From an uncultured Clostridium sp. (GTDB lineage Bacteria > Bacillota_I > Bacilli_A > Acholeplasmatales > Anaeroplasmataceae): DNA of 64,000 nucleotides. The stretch lies in NCBI GenBank assembly GCA_946540005.1, contig CAMNHY010000002.1, positions 2,780-66,779 on the forward strand, given 5' to 3'. A program made the position numbers and the translations under genes. Each line of letters opens with the position of its first letter. Within the stretch, counting starts at the first letter, position 1. Below the pieces are notes generated by a model that worked only from the letters and a program-made list of their open reading frames with translations, was not told the origin of the DNA and did no database searches. Positions 17,733 through 28,900 of this stretch are shown one piece after another.

Positions 17733-20399
17733 CTATTTTTTATCTCCTTCACCAAATAATTCTCTACTTGCATTAGAAGCAATAATTGAAATATTTGTTC
17801 TACTAGTTGGTGAAGTTATAATAAATGCATTACCTCTTGGATTATTTACAATTTGGTCTTGTTCAACTTCATTAATTTGTCCTGCTTTATCATACAATGT
17901 ACATAAATCATCCATGTCATTTGGAGATAAAGAGAAAATAAATGAATATTGACATGCATTTATAATAGCTGTTGATTTACGAATAATTTCTTCACTACCT
18001 ACAAAGTCCTTGATGTTTTGAGTTATTACAATTTGCATACCATTATATTTACGAATACGCTTTGCTAATTGATACATAAAATCAAGTGCTACAGGATATT
18101 TAGGATCAATAAATACGTGAGCTTCGTCAATTGCAACAACTATCTTTCTATTTGTATTATGTTTTATGTTAAAGTCACGATTTTTAATAATTTCATTGTC
18201 TAACCACTTAAGTACTAATAACATTTGTGCGTTAGCAATTACACCATTCTTATTTGCTAATAGTGATTGGAAATTAAATACTGTAAAGTTTTCTTTTACT
18301 GATAATGTAGATTCACCATTCCAAAGATTAGCATTTCTACCATCACCAGCAAATTTAGATACATAATTATGTAAAATTCTTAATTGTGTAACATCATATT
18401 CAACTGTAGCTTTATTTAGTTTTTCATCTATTAAAGCGAATAATTCATCAAATGTAGGATAATCCTTTGGTCCTAACTTTGAAAAATCAGTTTTTGAATC
18501 AATATTTTTTCTACTATATAAATCTACAATTACATTATTTAAATACTCAAGTGCGTCAGATGAAATACCATCTAATGCTACTCTAAAGAATTCTTCTAAG
18601 AATTGTAAATGAACCGCAAAGTTATTAACTTTAGAATCACTTCCAAGCTCATCACCTTCAAGTGTTGTAATGACATGGAATGGATTAATTCTTCCTTCAC
18701 TTGCTGTACCTACATCAATTAATCTACCACCTAAATTTTGAGCTAAAACTTGATATTCATTTTCAGGGTCAAGAATAAATATCTTACAGTTTTCAGCACA
18801 AAGTTGAGTTAAAATTGTCTTTGTTGCGTAAGATTTACCTGAACCAGATTTACCCATAATTACCATATTTGAGTTAACACGTTCAAAATTACGTTTAAAG
18901 AAATCAACTACTACAGGGTAATTATTTTCAGTACCTAATATACATCCTGTCTCATCCATTACATTTGACAATACAAATGGGAATACGGCTGCTACAGAGT
19001 TAGAATGAATTGCTCTTTGGAAGTCAGTCATTAAATCTAATCTAGATAAATTTGTTGAGATAAAGGCTAAATTTTGTCTAAAATAATTATCTACAAGTTC
19101 AAAACCTTCCTCTGCAAATATTCTTCTAATAGTCTTCTTAAGATTTCTAACTTGATCCTTTGTATCATTTTCATTAGGGAAAATTGTTATATGTAGTGTT
19201 ACACCAAATAATGTTTCATTATCATTTTGTAACATTCTTAACACTTCGATTAAAGTTTCAATATGAGTTTGTTTATCAATTAAAGATGAAGCCTTAAAGC
19301 TATGTTCAGTTTGAGCTGCAAGCTCTTGAACAGATCTATCTATCATCTTTACAGCTTTTTGTTTCTCATATGGAGATAAATTCATTACAATCTTTGTGTT
19401 AGGAATATTAAATATTTTATAACCCCACGCATTTAATACTGTTATTGGGAAATTTTTTACTGTGAATGTATAACATTCTTCACCATCTACTAAAGCTGAA
19501 CGTGGTTTAAATTCAACACTATGAGGGCATACCCAACTCATAAGTTCACCTTCAGATAACATATCAATATCTTTTTCATTGAAGTTTGGAACATAATTAT
19601 ATTTTAAGAATAATGCTAGTTCCTTTGTATCAAGAATGTGGGAAGTCATACCAATATTTTGGAATGTCATAATCGCATCATTTAGAATTTCATTAATAAC
19701 CTTTTTATTTGCGTCATAAATTACTAAATAATAGAAAGGTTTAATAACAGGATCATCATTTGTCAATTCTGTATAAGCTCTAATTCTATCATTAATAATT
19801 AATAATCTTGATTCTAATTCCTCTTCAGTTAATTCTCCTCTATCAAATAAGGCTTGAAGATTTTCTTTTTTCTTTTCTTCATGTTTAATATAAGATTCAA
19901 AACTTAATTTACGATCAATTTTAACTAAAGAAGCTTTAGTCTTATCAGTAATTTCTCTAATTACTCTACCGAAGTTTTCATCAATCATTTGATTTTGTCT
20001 AAACTCAGATAATAGACTAAATTCTCTAGGATCAATTTGTAATACTCCTGCAGAATAAGTATTGTATTCTATATAACCATCTCTAATATCCTTAAATGGA
20101 AGATAATTATCAATATTAGTTTGAGCTTTTGTATTATCTTTACTAAATTTCTTTACGCTAAAGATGTATTTTACTGCATAAGCTAAGAATATATAAAATC
20201 TTTGTCCTTCAAATGGTAAGAATAATCCAACCGCAATAACTAATAACACTAGCATTAAGATGAATTTTACAAATCCTATATTTGTAATGGAAAGTAACAC
20301 AATTAATCCAAGAAAAGAAAGACCGATTATGATATCTAATATTGAAATATTTTTAAAAAATTGAATTTTAATTTTTGCCGTTTTTGGAATAATTCTCAT
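17733..20399 (-). CDS. VirB4/TraE-family conjugal transfer ATPase with N-terminal TM segment
   Basis: 888 aa with Walker A (MGKSGSGKSYATK), Walker B (VVAIDEAHVF) and QIVITQNIKD. Two N-terminal hydrophobic helices are present, and RBS AGAGGTGG precedes the ATG. Confidence 0.85.
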   Translation of the reverse strand: MRIIPKTAKIKIQFFKNISILDIIIGLSFLGLIVLLSITNIGFVKFILMLVLLVIAVGLFLPFEGQRFYIFLAYAVKYIFSVKKFSKDNTKAQTNIDNYLPFKDIRDGYIEYNTYSAGVLQIDPREFSLLSEFRQNQMIDENFGRVIREITDKTKASLVKIDRKLSFESYIKHEEKKKENLQALFDRGELTEEELESRLLIINDRIRAYTELTNDDPVIKPFYYLVIYDANKKVINEILNDAIMTFQNIGMTSHILDTKELALFLKYNYVPNFNEKDIDMLSEGELMSWVCPHSVEFKPRSALVDGEECYTFTVKNFPITVLNAWGYKIFNIPNTKIVMNLSPYEKQKAVKMIDRSVQELAAQTEHSFKASSLIDKQTHIETLIEVLRMLQNDNETLFGVTLHITIFPNENDTKDQVRNLKKTIRRIFAEEGFELVDNYFRQNLAFISTNLSRLDLMTDFQRAIHSNSVAAVFPFVLSNVMDETGCILGTENNYPVVVDFFKRNFERVNSNMVIMGKSGSGKSYATKTILTQLCAENCKIFILDPENEYQVLAQNLGGRLIDVGTASEGRINPFHVITTLEGDELGSDSKVNNFAVHLQFLEEFFRVALDGISSDALEYLNNVIVDLYSRKNIDSKTDFSKLGPKDYPTFDELFALIDEKLNKATVEYDVTQLRILHNYVSKFAGDGRNANLWNGESTLSVKENFTVFNFQSLLANKNGVIANAQMLLVLKWLDNEIIKNRDFNIKHNTNRKIVVAIDEAHVFIDPKYPVALDFMYQLAKRIRKYNGMQIVITQNIKDFVGSEEIIRKSTAIINACQYSFIFSLSPNDMDDLCTLYDKAGQINEVEQDQIVNNPRGNAFIITSPTSRTNISIIASNASRELFGEGDKK

Positions 20400-20408
20400 A
20401 ATCCACCT

Positions 20409-21812
20409 CTACTTTTTCTCATCTTTCTTTTTGTTTAATACTTCCATTTCAATCATCTTATTACCGATGTTGTTGTTAGCATTACTCTTATTTCCTATAA
20501 TCGCATTGCTAGAATTACCAGAAGGTTTATATTTCATATTTAAAGAATTAGCGTTTCCTTTACCTTCAATTGCGTTCTTAACATTATTTCCAGAACCATC
20601 AAATTTACCAGTCTTCCGGTAATTCTCCCTGGCTACCATTTGTTCTCGTTGTTGATTCATTTGAGTCTTACTCATTTTTCCATAACCTCTACTAGTATTA
20701 AATCCTAGACGAGAACCTACAGAATAACCTAGACCAAATTGACTTGTATCTCTAATGAAGTTAGCTGCACTACGTGTTGCAGTAAATGGTGACTTAGCTA
20801 CAGACCAAGCACCAGATAATGCACGCATACCAATACCTTTTGCTTGTTGGGTTGCAATCGCATTATCTCTAAGTTCATTAGAACCAGCACCTTGAGAAAT
20901 AAGATTACCAATTAATGCCATTAATCTATTTAAAGATACTCCACCACCAACAACGATTGCTATCTTCATAATATAATTAAGAGCTGAATTATCAAAGAAT
21001 ACTAAATCATTATTAGTAATGGCGCTTATAACTAAGGCATATATATTAATACCAATTATACAACCATATCCGGTTAAGAATTTGACTAAGAATTGATCTC
21101 TCCATAGTTTAAATCTTTGACCATCATCTAATACTGCTGTTGATAAAGATATTGGTGAAAATATAAATAATATAACTATAGAAATAGCACGGTCAACAAA
21201 CATCAATAGAGATGAAGCTAATGATAACAGAATTGCTATACCAGCAATCCAGCTAAAGAAAAAATCATAATCATCTAAGTCAACATAATTCTTCATGTTT
21301 CCTGTTGAAGTATAATCAAAACTTGAACTCATATAGAAATTTTCAGGTACACCATCATGTCTTGCATTTTGTCCAAACGCACCTGCAAGGAATCGACCTA
21401 AACCATCCGGACTTCCACCAAGTGTTGATTTATACAACGACTGCATCAATGTATTTGTAAAGAATATTAAAACCATAATTGCTGCAGGAATAAATATAAA
21501 TGTTAATAATACCTTACCAACTTTAACATATATTTGCATAGGTGTCATATTCTCTTTTTCTGAAGAGATTGACCTCATAATCGCAAATACTGCAAATATT
21601 ATTACAAGTATTACTCCAATAACTATTGCCGCAACAAACCCAAAAGATATATTTTTATTACGTAATAGGAATGTCATAAAATCCATTTCCGTATTTTGAT
21701 ATCTTATTGGTTCAATACCACAAAGCATATTTGCACATGAAAGTAGACCATCAATTATTTGAAATATTGATTTTGATATACTATATAAAAGGTCCCAAAC
21801 CCAATTAAACAT
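20409..21812 (-). CDS. Polytopic membrane protein, VirB6/TrbL-like T4SS channel candidate
   Basis: 467 aa with at least 6 predicted hydrophobic helices and an N/G/S-rich C-terminal tail. It lies immediately upstream of VirB4, as in Gram-positive and mycoplasma ICE modules. The assignment rests on position and topology only. Confidence 0.45.
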   Translation of the reverse strand: MFNWVWDLLYSISKSIFQIIDGLLSCANMLCGIEPIRYQNTEMDFMTFLLRNKNISFGFVAAIVIGVILVIIFAVFAIMRSISSEKENMTPMQIYVKVGKVLLTFIFIPAAIMVLIFFTNTLMQSLYKSTLGGSPDGLGRFLAGAFGQNARHDGVPENFYMSSSFDYTSTGNMKNYVDLDDYDFFFSWIAGIAILLSLASSLLMFVDRAISIVILFIFSPISLSTAVLDDGQRFKLWRDQFLVKFLTGYGCIIGINIYALVISAITNNDLVFFDNSALNYIMKIAIVVGGGVSLNRLMALIGNLISQGAGSNELRDNAIATQQAKGIGMRALSGAWSVAKSPFTATRSAANFIRDTSQFGLGYSVGSRLGFNTSRGYGKMSKTQMNQQREQMVARENYRKTGKFDGSGNNVKNAIEGKGNANSLNMKYKPSGNSSNAIIGNKSNANNNIGNKMIEMEVLNKKKDEKK

Positions 21813-21826
21813 ATCTTTGGTCCTCC

Positions 21827-22591
21827 TTAAATAGCTCTGACGAGCAAATTAATAAATTGAATTGATACAGGAGTCATATTCCTATTTAATGCTGAATTAT
21901 TTTCAATTCGTAAATATAAATAACTATCTTTTTTTACATTTAAACAGTTATTCGAAACATATGACTCACCATAATCAACAGTTTGACGAAAACCTTTCAA
22001 TTCAAAGCTTTCAAAATTTGATGAGATAGGTAACTTAACAGATGCATTCCTATTTTCCTTTTTAGGATCAGGATAATTTACTTCTACTACAACATCATTA
22101 CCATCTTTATCTTTTTCAATCTTTGTATCAGGGTCAGACATTTTCTTTAATTCATTATCTTTTGGGCATAAATCAGAATTAGGAAAATAGAAGAAACTTA
22201 ATTCTAATTCTTGTCCACTCTTAATGACAGTTTCACTATCTTTTCTAATAAATAAAGCTAAGCTTTCGATTATCAATTCGCGCTTAAAAGGAATGACAAT
22301 ATAAACGTATTGTCTAAAATCAACCTTTTCATTGTCATCCTCCCACGCTAAATTTTGAAAGATATACTCATTAGTTAATGATTTTTCTAAATCATATTCA
22401 TGATTTTTAAATTCATTATTTTCTTCATATTTACCACTAATATCTCCAATGCTGTCATAATAATCATCAAATCCGCTATCATTATTATTAAATATACCCA
22501 TATCAGGTGTACAACTTGTTAGTAATGAAATTATGACTATGGAAGGGACAATGAAAAGGCCATATATTATTTTTTTAGTAAACCTTTTCAC
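21827..22591 (-). CDS. Lipoprotein of the T4SS operon
   Basis: 254 aa with a GTG start and a signal peptide ending in the lipobox LLTSC. No recognisable catalytic motif. Confidence 0.7.
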   Translation of the reverse strand: MKRFTKKIIYGLFIVPSIVIISLLTSCTPDMGIFNNNDSGFDDYYDSIGDISGKYEENNEFKNHEYDLEKSLTNEYIFQNLAWEDDNEKVDFRQYVYIVIPFKRELIIESLALFIRKDSETVIKSGQELELSFFYFPNSDLCPKDNELKKMSDPDTKIEKDKDGNDVVVEVNYPDPKKENRNASVKLPISSNFESFELKGFRQTVDYGESYVSNNCLNVKKDSYLYLRIENNSALNRNMTPVSIQFINLLVRAI

Positions 22592-22608
22592 AATTTTTAT
22601 ACCATTTC

Positions 22609-22923
22609 CTATGCTGGGAATTCGTAGTTTCTATACCAATCTGTGAAAATATTTACTGCGAATTGAAGAGCGATTAATAGTACGAAAATAAGTACGAATC
22701 CAATAATCGCATTTTTTAAGCTATTTCTAGCTTTCTCATGTTCTTGTGGATCTTCTGCCTTAGCATATTTTACACCAAGGAAAATTACCCAGATGGCTCC
22801 AAGAGAACCAACCACACCAAGAAGTACAGGTACAACTACACCAAGTACATCTAATAATGGTTTAACAATTTGATTTAAATCCTTTTCAGAAAGAGCTAAT
22901 ATAATATTGAACATAAAACACAC
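22609..22923 (-). CDS. Small two-TM protein, VirB2/TrbC pilin-like candidate
   Basis: 104 aa with two hydrophobic helices separated by a charged loop (KYAKAEDPQEHEKARNSLKN). This is the typical size and topology of T4SS pilin-like subunits. The start codon is uncertain (an alternative ATG lies 3 codons in). Confidence 0.4.
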   Translation of the reverse strand: MCFMFNIILALSEKDLNQIVKPLLDVLGVVVPVLLGVVGSLGAIWVIFLGVKYAKAEDPQEHEKARNSLKNAIIGFVLIFVLLIALQFAVNIFTDWYRNYEFPA

Positions 22924-22984
22924 ATCTCCTTTAATTTATATTTTTTCTTATATAATAATATGTCGGATTTACATATTACTAACG

Positions 22985-25900
22985 TTATTCAGCATCGTTC
23001 TTTAATCTTGTATGATATAAAAGACCGATTGTAATTCCTGCAATTGCGGCTGCACAAGCTACTATAATAAATATACTTGTTGGCGCATTTGCAATTTGTT
23101 TTCTAGTGAAGTTATATTCAACCTTTGCACCAGAAACACCTTTAATAATGATTTTATATGTACCTCCAGTTTTAATCTCTGGTACATTATTTGTAGTTCC
23201 TACATCAGTAACATTTATAAGATTACCATCTTTATAAACTTCTACTACATCACCATTCTTTAAACCTTTAAGTGTAACATCTCTTGATGTAACACCACCA
23301 TTTTCAACACCAGATAGGGTTGCTTGTGGAGGTGTATCATTAATTGTTACTGAGAAATTGAATGTCATGTTAGTACTATTACTAGAAACTACAACTGCAT
23401 AATCTCCATTCTTATTCAATACAATATGATTATCTTCAGCATCAATTTGTTCACGTCTTCCATCTGAATCTGTGAAGAATATTTCTGTTATTGAATAATC
23501 ATATGGAGCGCTATATTCAAATGAAATTAATGGGTTATTAATTATATAGAATTCAACATATGATGTATTACCAACACTATCTACAATTAATGCTTCCCAA
23601 TGACCTGTAGTCTTAAATGTATTTGATGTAAAATCATTAACCTTTTCACCATTTTTAAATACACTTGAAAGCTTAGAATCATCAGTTGCATTAAATGCTA
23701 CAGATGCATTGTTAACTACACCACCATTAATTACTGCTTGATTTGTTGAAGTATTAGTTAATGTAAAATGATTTATTGACTTATGGTTAATAATATATGT
23801 ATTTCTATTACCTGCTATATCTTCAACATAGAATTCATATTTTCCGTCTTTATAGAATTTAGAACCTGATGTATAATCAATTCTTTCTTTACCATCTACA
23901 CTCACACTACCAACTAATTCATCCGCAAATGTTATAACAATATCATCTTTTGTATAAATCTTATCATTTATATTAATTTCTTCCATTTGCGATTTATCAA
24001 TTGATACTTCAGCTCTATATAATTCAGCTCTAAATGATAAATAATTACCATATTCATCTAAATATGTAATTTGATAACCAAATGAACCATTACCACTAGC
24101 ATTGCTAAATTCAATTGTTTTTGGTTCATCAAGTGAAACTTGAGTTCCATCAATTTCAAATTGATATTTTAAGCTATTAGTTTCAAATTTTAATATATAG
24201 TTTGAATAGAAGTCACTTTCTAAAGCTTTCTCTAAACTATATGGTTGGAATGCATTACTTTCCGCAACAGTTTTTCTACTTAATTGTAAGGCTGCAACGT
24301 TGCTAAAATGAATAGTCTTAGAACCTACATCACCATATTTATTCTTAAAATATATAATGTAATCTCCAATACCATCTTTACCTATAGAATCAATTAAAGC
24401 TAATTCATCATATATTTTTTCTTCTGAAATATTATCATATAATACCACAAGATCATTTGTTTGATATTGATATGCAATATATTCTATTCCATCTTCTTTT
24501 GATATTTGTGGAGTTAATAATGTTGATGTATAACCTTGATCCATTAATAAAGCTTTTTCATTATATCCAGTTATCCATTCTTCTTTATACACAAATTCAA
24601 AATTTGAATTTATTTCAAATGTAAAATCTTCAAATACACCATTTGCGCCTACAACTCTTAAATTATATTCACCTTGTTTATATAATTCTAATGTTGTAAC
24701 CCCTGAATCATAGCTTCCATTAAATTCTTCACCATTTACTACAAATGTTACGCTATCGCTATAAACATTTATATCAATCATTGAATTTGAATAAATCTTA
24801 TTTTCATTTGATAAGAATTCTCTAGTTGAACCATCTAAATATTTAACCATAACGATTGCTTCAAAAGAATCAACTTTTGCAATTATATATTCAGTTACAT
24901 TATTGAATACATTTCTTACAACAATCTTATAGAATCCATCATTTTCACCAATAAATCTTCTTATGAAATTACCATTTTCATAAATTGTTTCTAATTGAGG
25001 GAAATCAGTTTTCTTTGAATATGCAACTTGTATAGTTGTAATATTAGATTTAATCATAGGATCTATTGTAAGATTATCCGCAATATATGTATATTTAGAA
25101 TCACCTTTGATTACAATTTCATCCTCACCTGACATTAATTTTAATTCAGGCTTTTCTTTAGATAAAGTACCATAATGATATGAAGGTATTATCGTATTTC
25201 CTACTCTATATAAGAATTCATAAGATATTTCATTTTCAATTGTAGAAATCTTAAAGTATGGTAGTTTATCTTTAATTTGTACAGATATTACATAATAATC
25301 ATTGCTAACTGCTGTATAGTAAACATTTTCTTTAGTTGTAGATGATGTAATATCTATAATGAAATTAGGATCTTGTTGATATTGTGCACTCTTTATTTCT
25401 GTCACAACACCTTGATCATCCTGTCTCTTTTCCGCGACACATACATATTTACCACTTGTTATATTTTTACCATCAAAGTTGAAAATATATGTCTTAGTAC
25501 CTTCATTAGTTTTTACAAGAACTCTTAATTCACCTTTATAAAGGGCATTAATAGTAGCATTATCATGACCATATTCTTGTCCCTCTGTTTCAATTAATTC
25601 GTCATCTACATATTCATTAGTAATAGGATCTTTAGTATTAGTGAAACTAAATCTTCTTACATTACTTAACATATCAGTTACAATAATTTCATATTTACCA
25701 TAATTATTAAGTAATAGCTTACCATCATCATCTAAGACCATCTCAATAAGTTGGCCATCCTTCATAATGCTAAAGTCTTTTATACGAGAAGGATCTTGGA
25801 ATCCTAATTCTATATGACCACCACTAATTACAGCACCATCTTCAAATTGAGTTTCAACACTTGAACCTAAAACATATTGAAGTGTATCAAGTGTTATTTC

Positions 25901-28900
25901 ATCACCAACATTATAGATTGGGTTATCTGATGTACCATAATTGATAGAATCAAATGATGCAGTTTTAATAACATTCCCATCACTATCTTTTTCAACATAT
26001 AAGTTATATGATGTTGCGATAAATGCTGCGGAAACTACAGGCGCTTCATTATCAACTTTAATATTATATATGTGATCATTTTCTGGTAATGATTCAAACC
26101 ATACTCTCATTCTAAAGTTTACTAACTTATTAATTGTAACTGTTTGATTTGCATCATTATATGAATAATCACCTGATTGTAAATCTAGTATTTCAAATTT
26201 AACATTATCATCACCATATGCAGTATTGAATGTATATTTTATTAATGCTGATGTATAGACATTAGTATATCTTGAATTAGATTCATCATCATATATTACT
26301 AGTCTTACAATTTTATCAGGATTATATTTTGAATATGAATCATTATTTTGATAATACCAAGTTATATCTGGTGTCTTATAATTAAACTCAATAGTTTTAA
26401 CTACTTCATTTCCATATATATCTCTTACAATAATTCTATAAATACCTGGTTCTTTAAATGTTCTTGATTCAGCAAATTCTGTTGTAACTAAAGTCTCATT
26501 TAAATAAACCTCATAAGAATAAATCTCATTTTCGTCTCTTTCTAAGACTTTAACTACTACGCTAGTTTTTGAATCATTTTCATATGTTTCTACTTTTAAT
26601 TCACTATTAGATAATAAGACTGTATAAGTAACGATATTACCTGATCTATCCCCAACTTGAATGTAATAATTCTTATTTTCTAATTTATAATTTTTATCAT
26701 CAGAGTTAAGATCTTGAGGATATAATACATCAATTAAGCTTCTACCTGGATAAGAATAGATGGCAATATATGCTAAATCATCTACTTCTTTAGGTAATGT
26801 ATCACTTTGAACACCTAATTGTTTAATTATGAATGTATCACTTGAGAAATTAGTAATTGAACCATCAAGAATGCTTGATGTATTACCAATTGATACTGAT
26901 AATCCTGGTACAGATTTATCAAAATAGATAGTATATTGGCATATACCTTTTCTACCATATTCTCTAATTGTATATAAACCTGTAGCTTGATTTGACATTA
27001 ATTCTTGTAGTCTTACGCCATCAATTACTGTTATTTCTGTGAAATTACTATCACCATATTTATAGAATAATCTAGTTGCATCATCAGCTTTAATTATCAT
27101 GTTAGTAGCTAACGCACAACTTTGATTATTTACTGTAACATTATTTTGATAAATATTCTTATCACCATCATATTTAGCAGGTGTTACAAATTTAATATTA
27201 GTCTTAGATACACTACTTTCTTCACTTGCTACATGTAGCTGAGTTGAAGCTAAATAAGGAGCTCCTGTCTTTTGGTTTAGTGTTTCTTCTTCAACTAAAT
27301 ATATAATTTTTCCTTCATTTGTAATTCTATTTACAATATCATTGATTGCGTTGTTTAAATTTGTAGGAAGTCCATTAATATTTATTCCATCACTAACATT
27401 ACCATTACCATAATAATAGTATGCCCATCCATATGAAGTAGCACTACTTTGCCATGTGCTCTTCTTATATCTAATCCATAGTTGACCTTCTTGAGCATTT
27501 ACTGTTTCACCACTAGCCTTTACATAAGCAGTTGATGCAGTACCACTATTTAGTAGATTTGCAATATTTGCGGTAATCTTTACTAAATATAGGTCTTGAT
27601 ATTCCATGAATTTAACATATTTCTTAGCTTCATTAATATTTGAGAATGATGGATAAGTTGAACCACCTTCCACTTTATTTAATGTTGGATCAAATACTCC
27701 GCCATATGGATAAGAGATAACAGTTGATCCACTTTCATCTAAATAATAATATCTTTGATCTTGTAATTGGAACACCTTATTAGTTAATACAAGATTTGTT
27801 TCACTATTTTTCTTATTATCAGTTTCATCTGACATATTATTAGTTAAGTAGAAAGAAATTGTTTCTGCAACTAAATCTAGAGGATTAGATTGATCTTGAC
27901 TTGTAATCTTTGGTATTATTTCAAAGAAACCAGAACTAAGATCTTTTAATGTTACTCTAAATCTTTGAGCTCCTTCAGTCCCATCAGCTGCAACTTCTCT
28001 TTCACCATTTACAATAACACTAAATTTAGCTCCTGGAGTTTCAAGTAAAGCTCTATAATTTTCTCCACCGCTTTGAGACTTATCTAAAACTGTAATTACA
28101 ATATCTCTATTATTCTCACAAGTTGAATAATCATATGCTTTATAAGATACTGCAATATCATTTATTTCTCTATAACCAGGCTCAGGATTTTCACCATCAA
28201 CAGCTAATGGTACATCAACACCTACTTCAAATAGTTTTCTTGTATCATATACAACTTTTATCATATTTGAAGTTGTCTTATTACCAGCACTATCTTCAAT
28301 ATAGAACGTTACATCAAAATTCATTCTTGATGTATTATTTTCTTGAAGTATTTGGCTAATAGTAGAATCTGTCGCTATACCAAGAGAAGTATCAATTGTA
28401 GACTTATAATAATATTTAAATCTATCCTCTAATTCTTCTTGTCTTTGAAGCTGACTTAATGAACCTACTACAACACCATTTTCATATAGTTTAACTTTTG
28501 CTTCTTTTACATTACCATCTTTATCCACATATTTATAATTGATAGTAATATTCATTAATTCGGCATTGCCTGTAGATTTTTTGTATAATTCTACGCAATA
28601 TTCCTTAGTTTTTAATTCATTAGGGCTTGGCATAAGTTGACTAGCACTAGGTGGATCTCCATCTAATGGATAAGGTCCATATGTCCCAATACTTGTTAAT
28701 CCATATCCAGACATTGCGAGCGCATGTAAGTAATATGTACCACTATCAATGTTATCTTTTTCATTTTTTACTAAAGTTAATGTAATTGAACCATTTTCTT
28801 CAGCACTAAATTTATGAACATTTTTATATAAGTCTTTATTTGTTAATTCTGTTGATGAATATATATGTCCATCAGTTGGATCAAATAATTCAGGATTCTT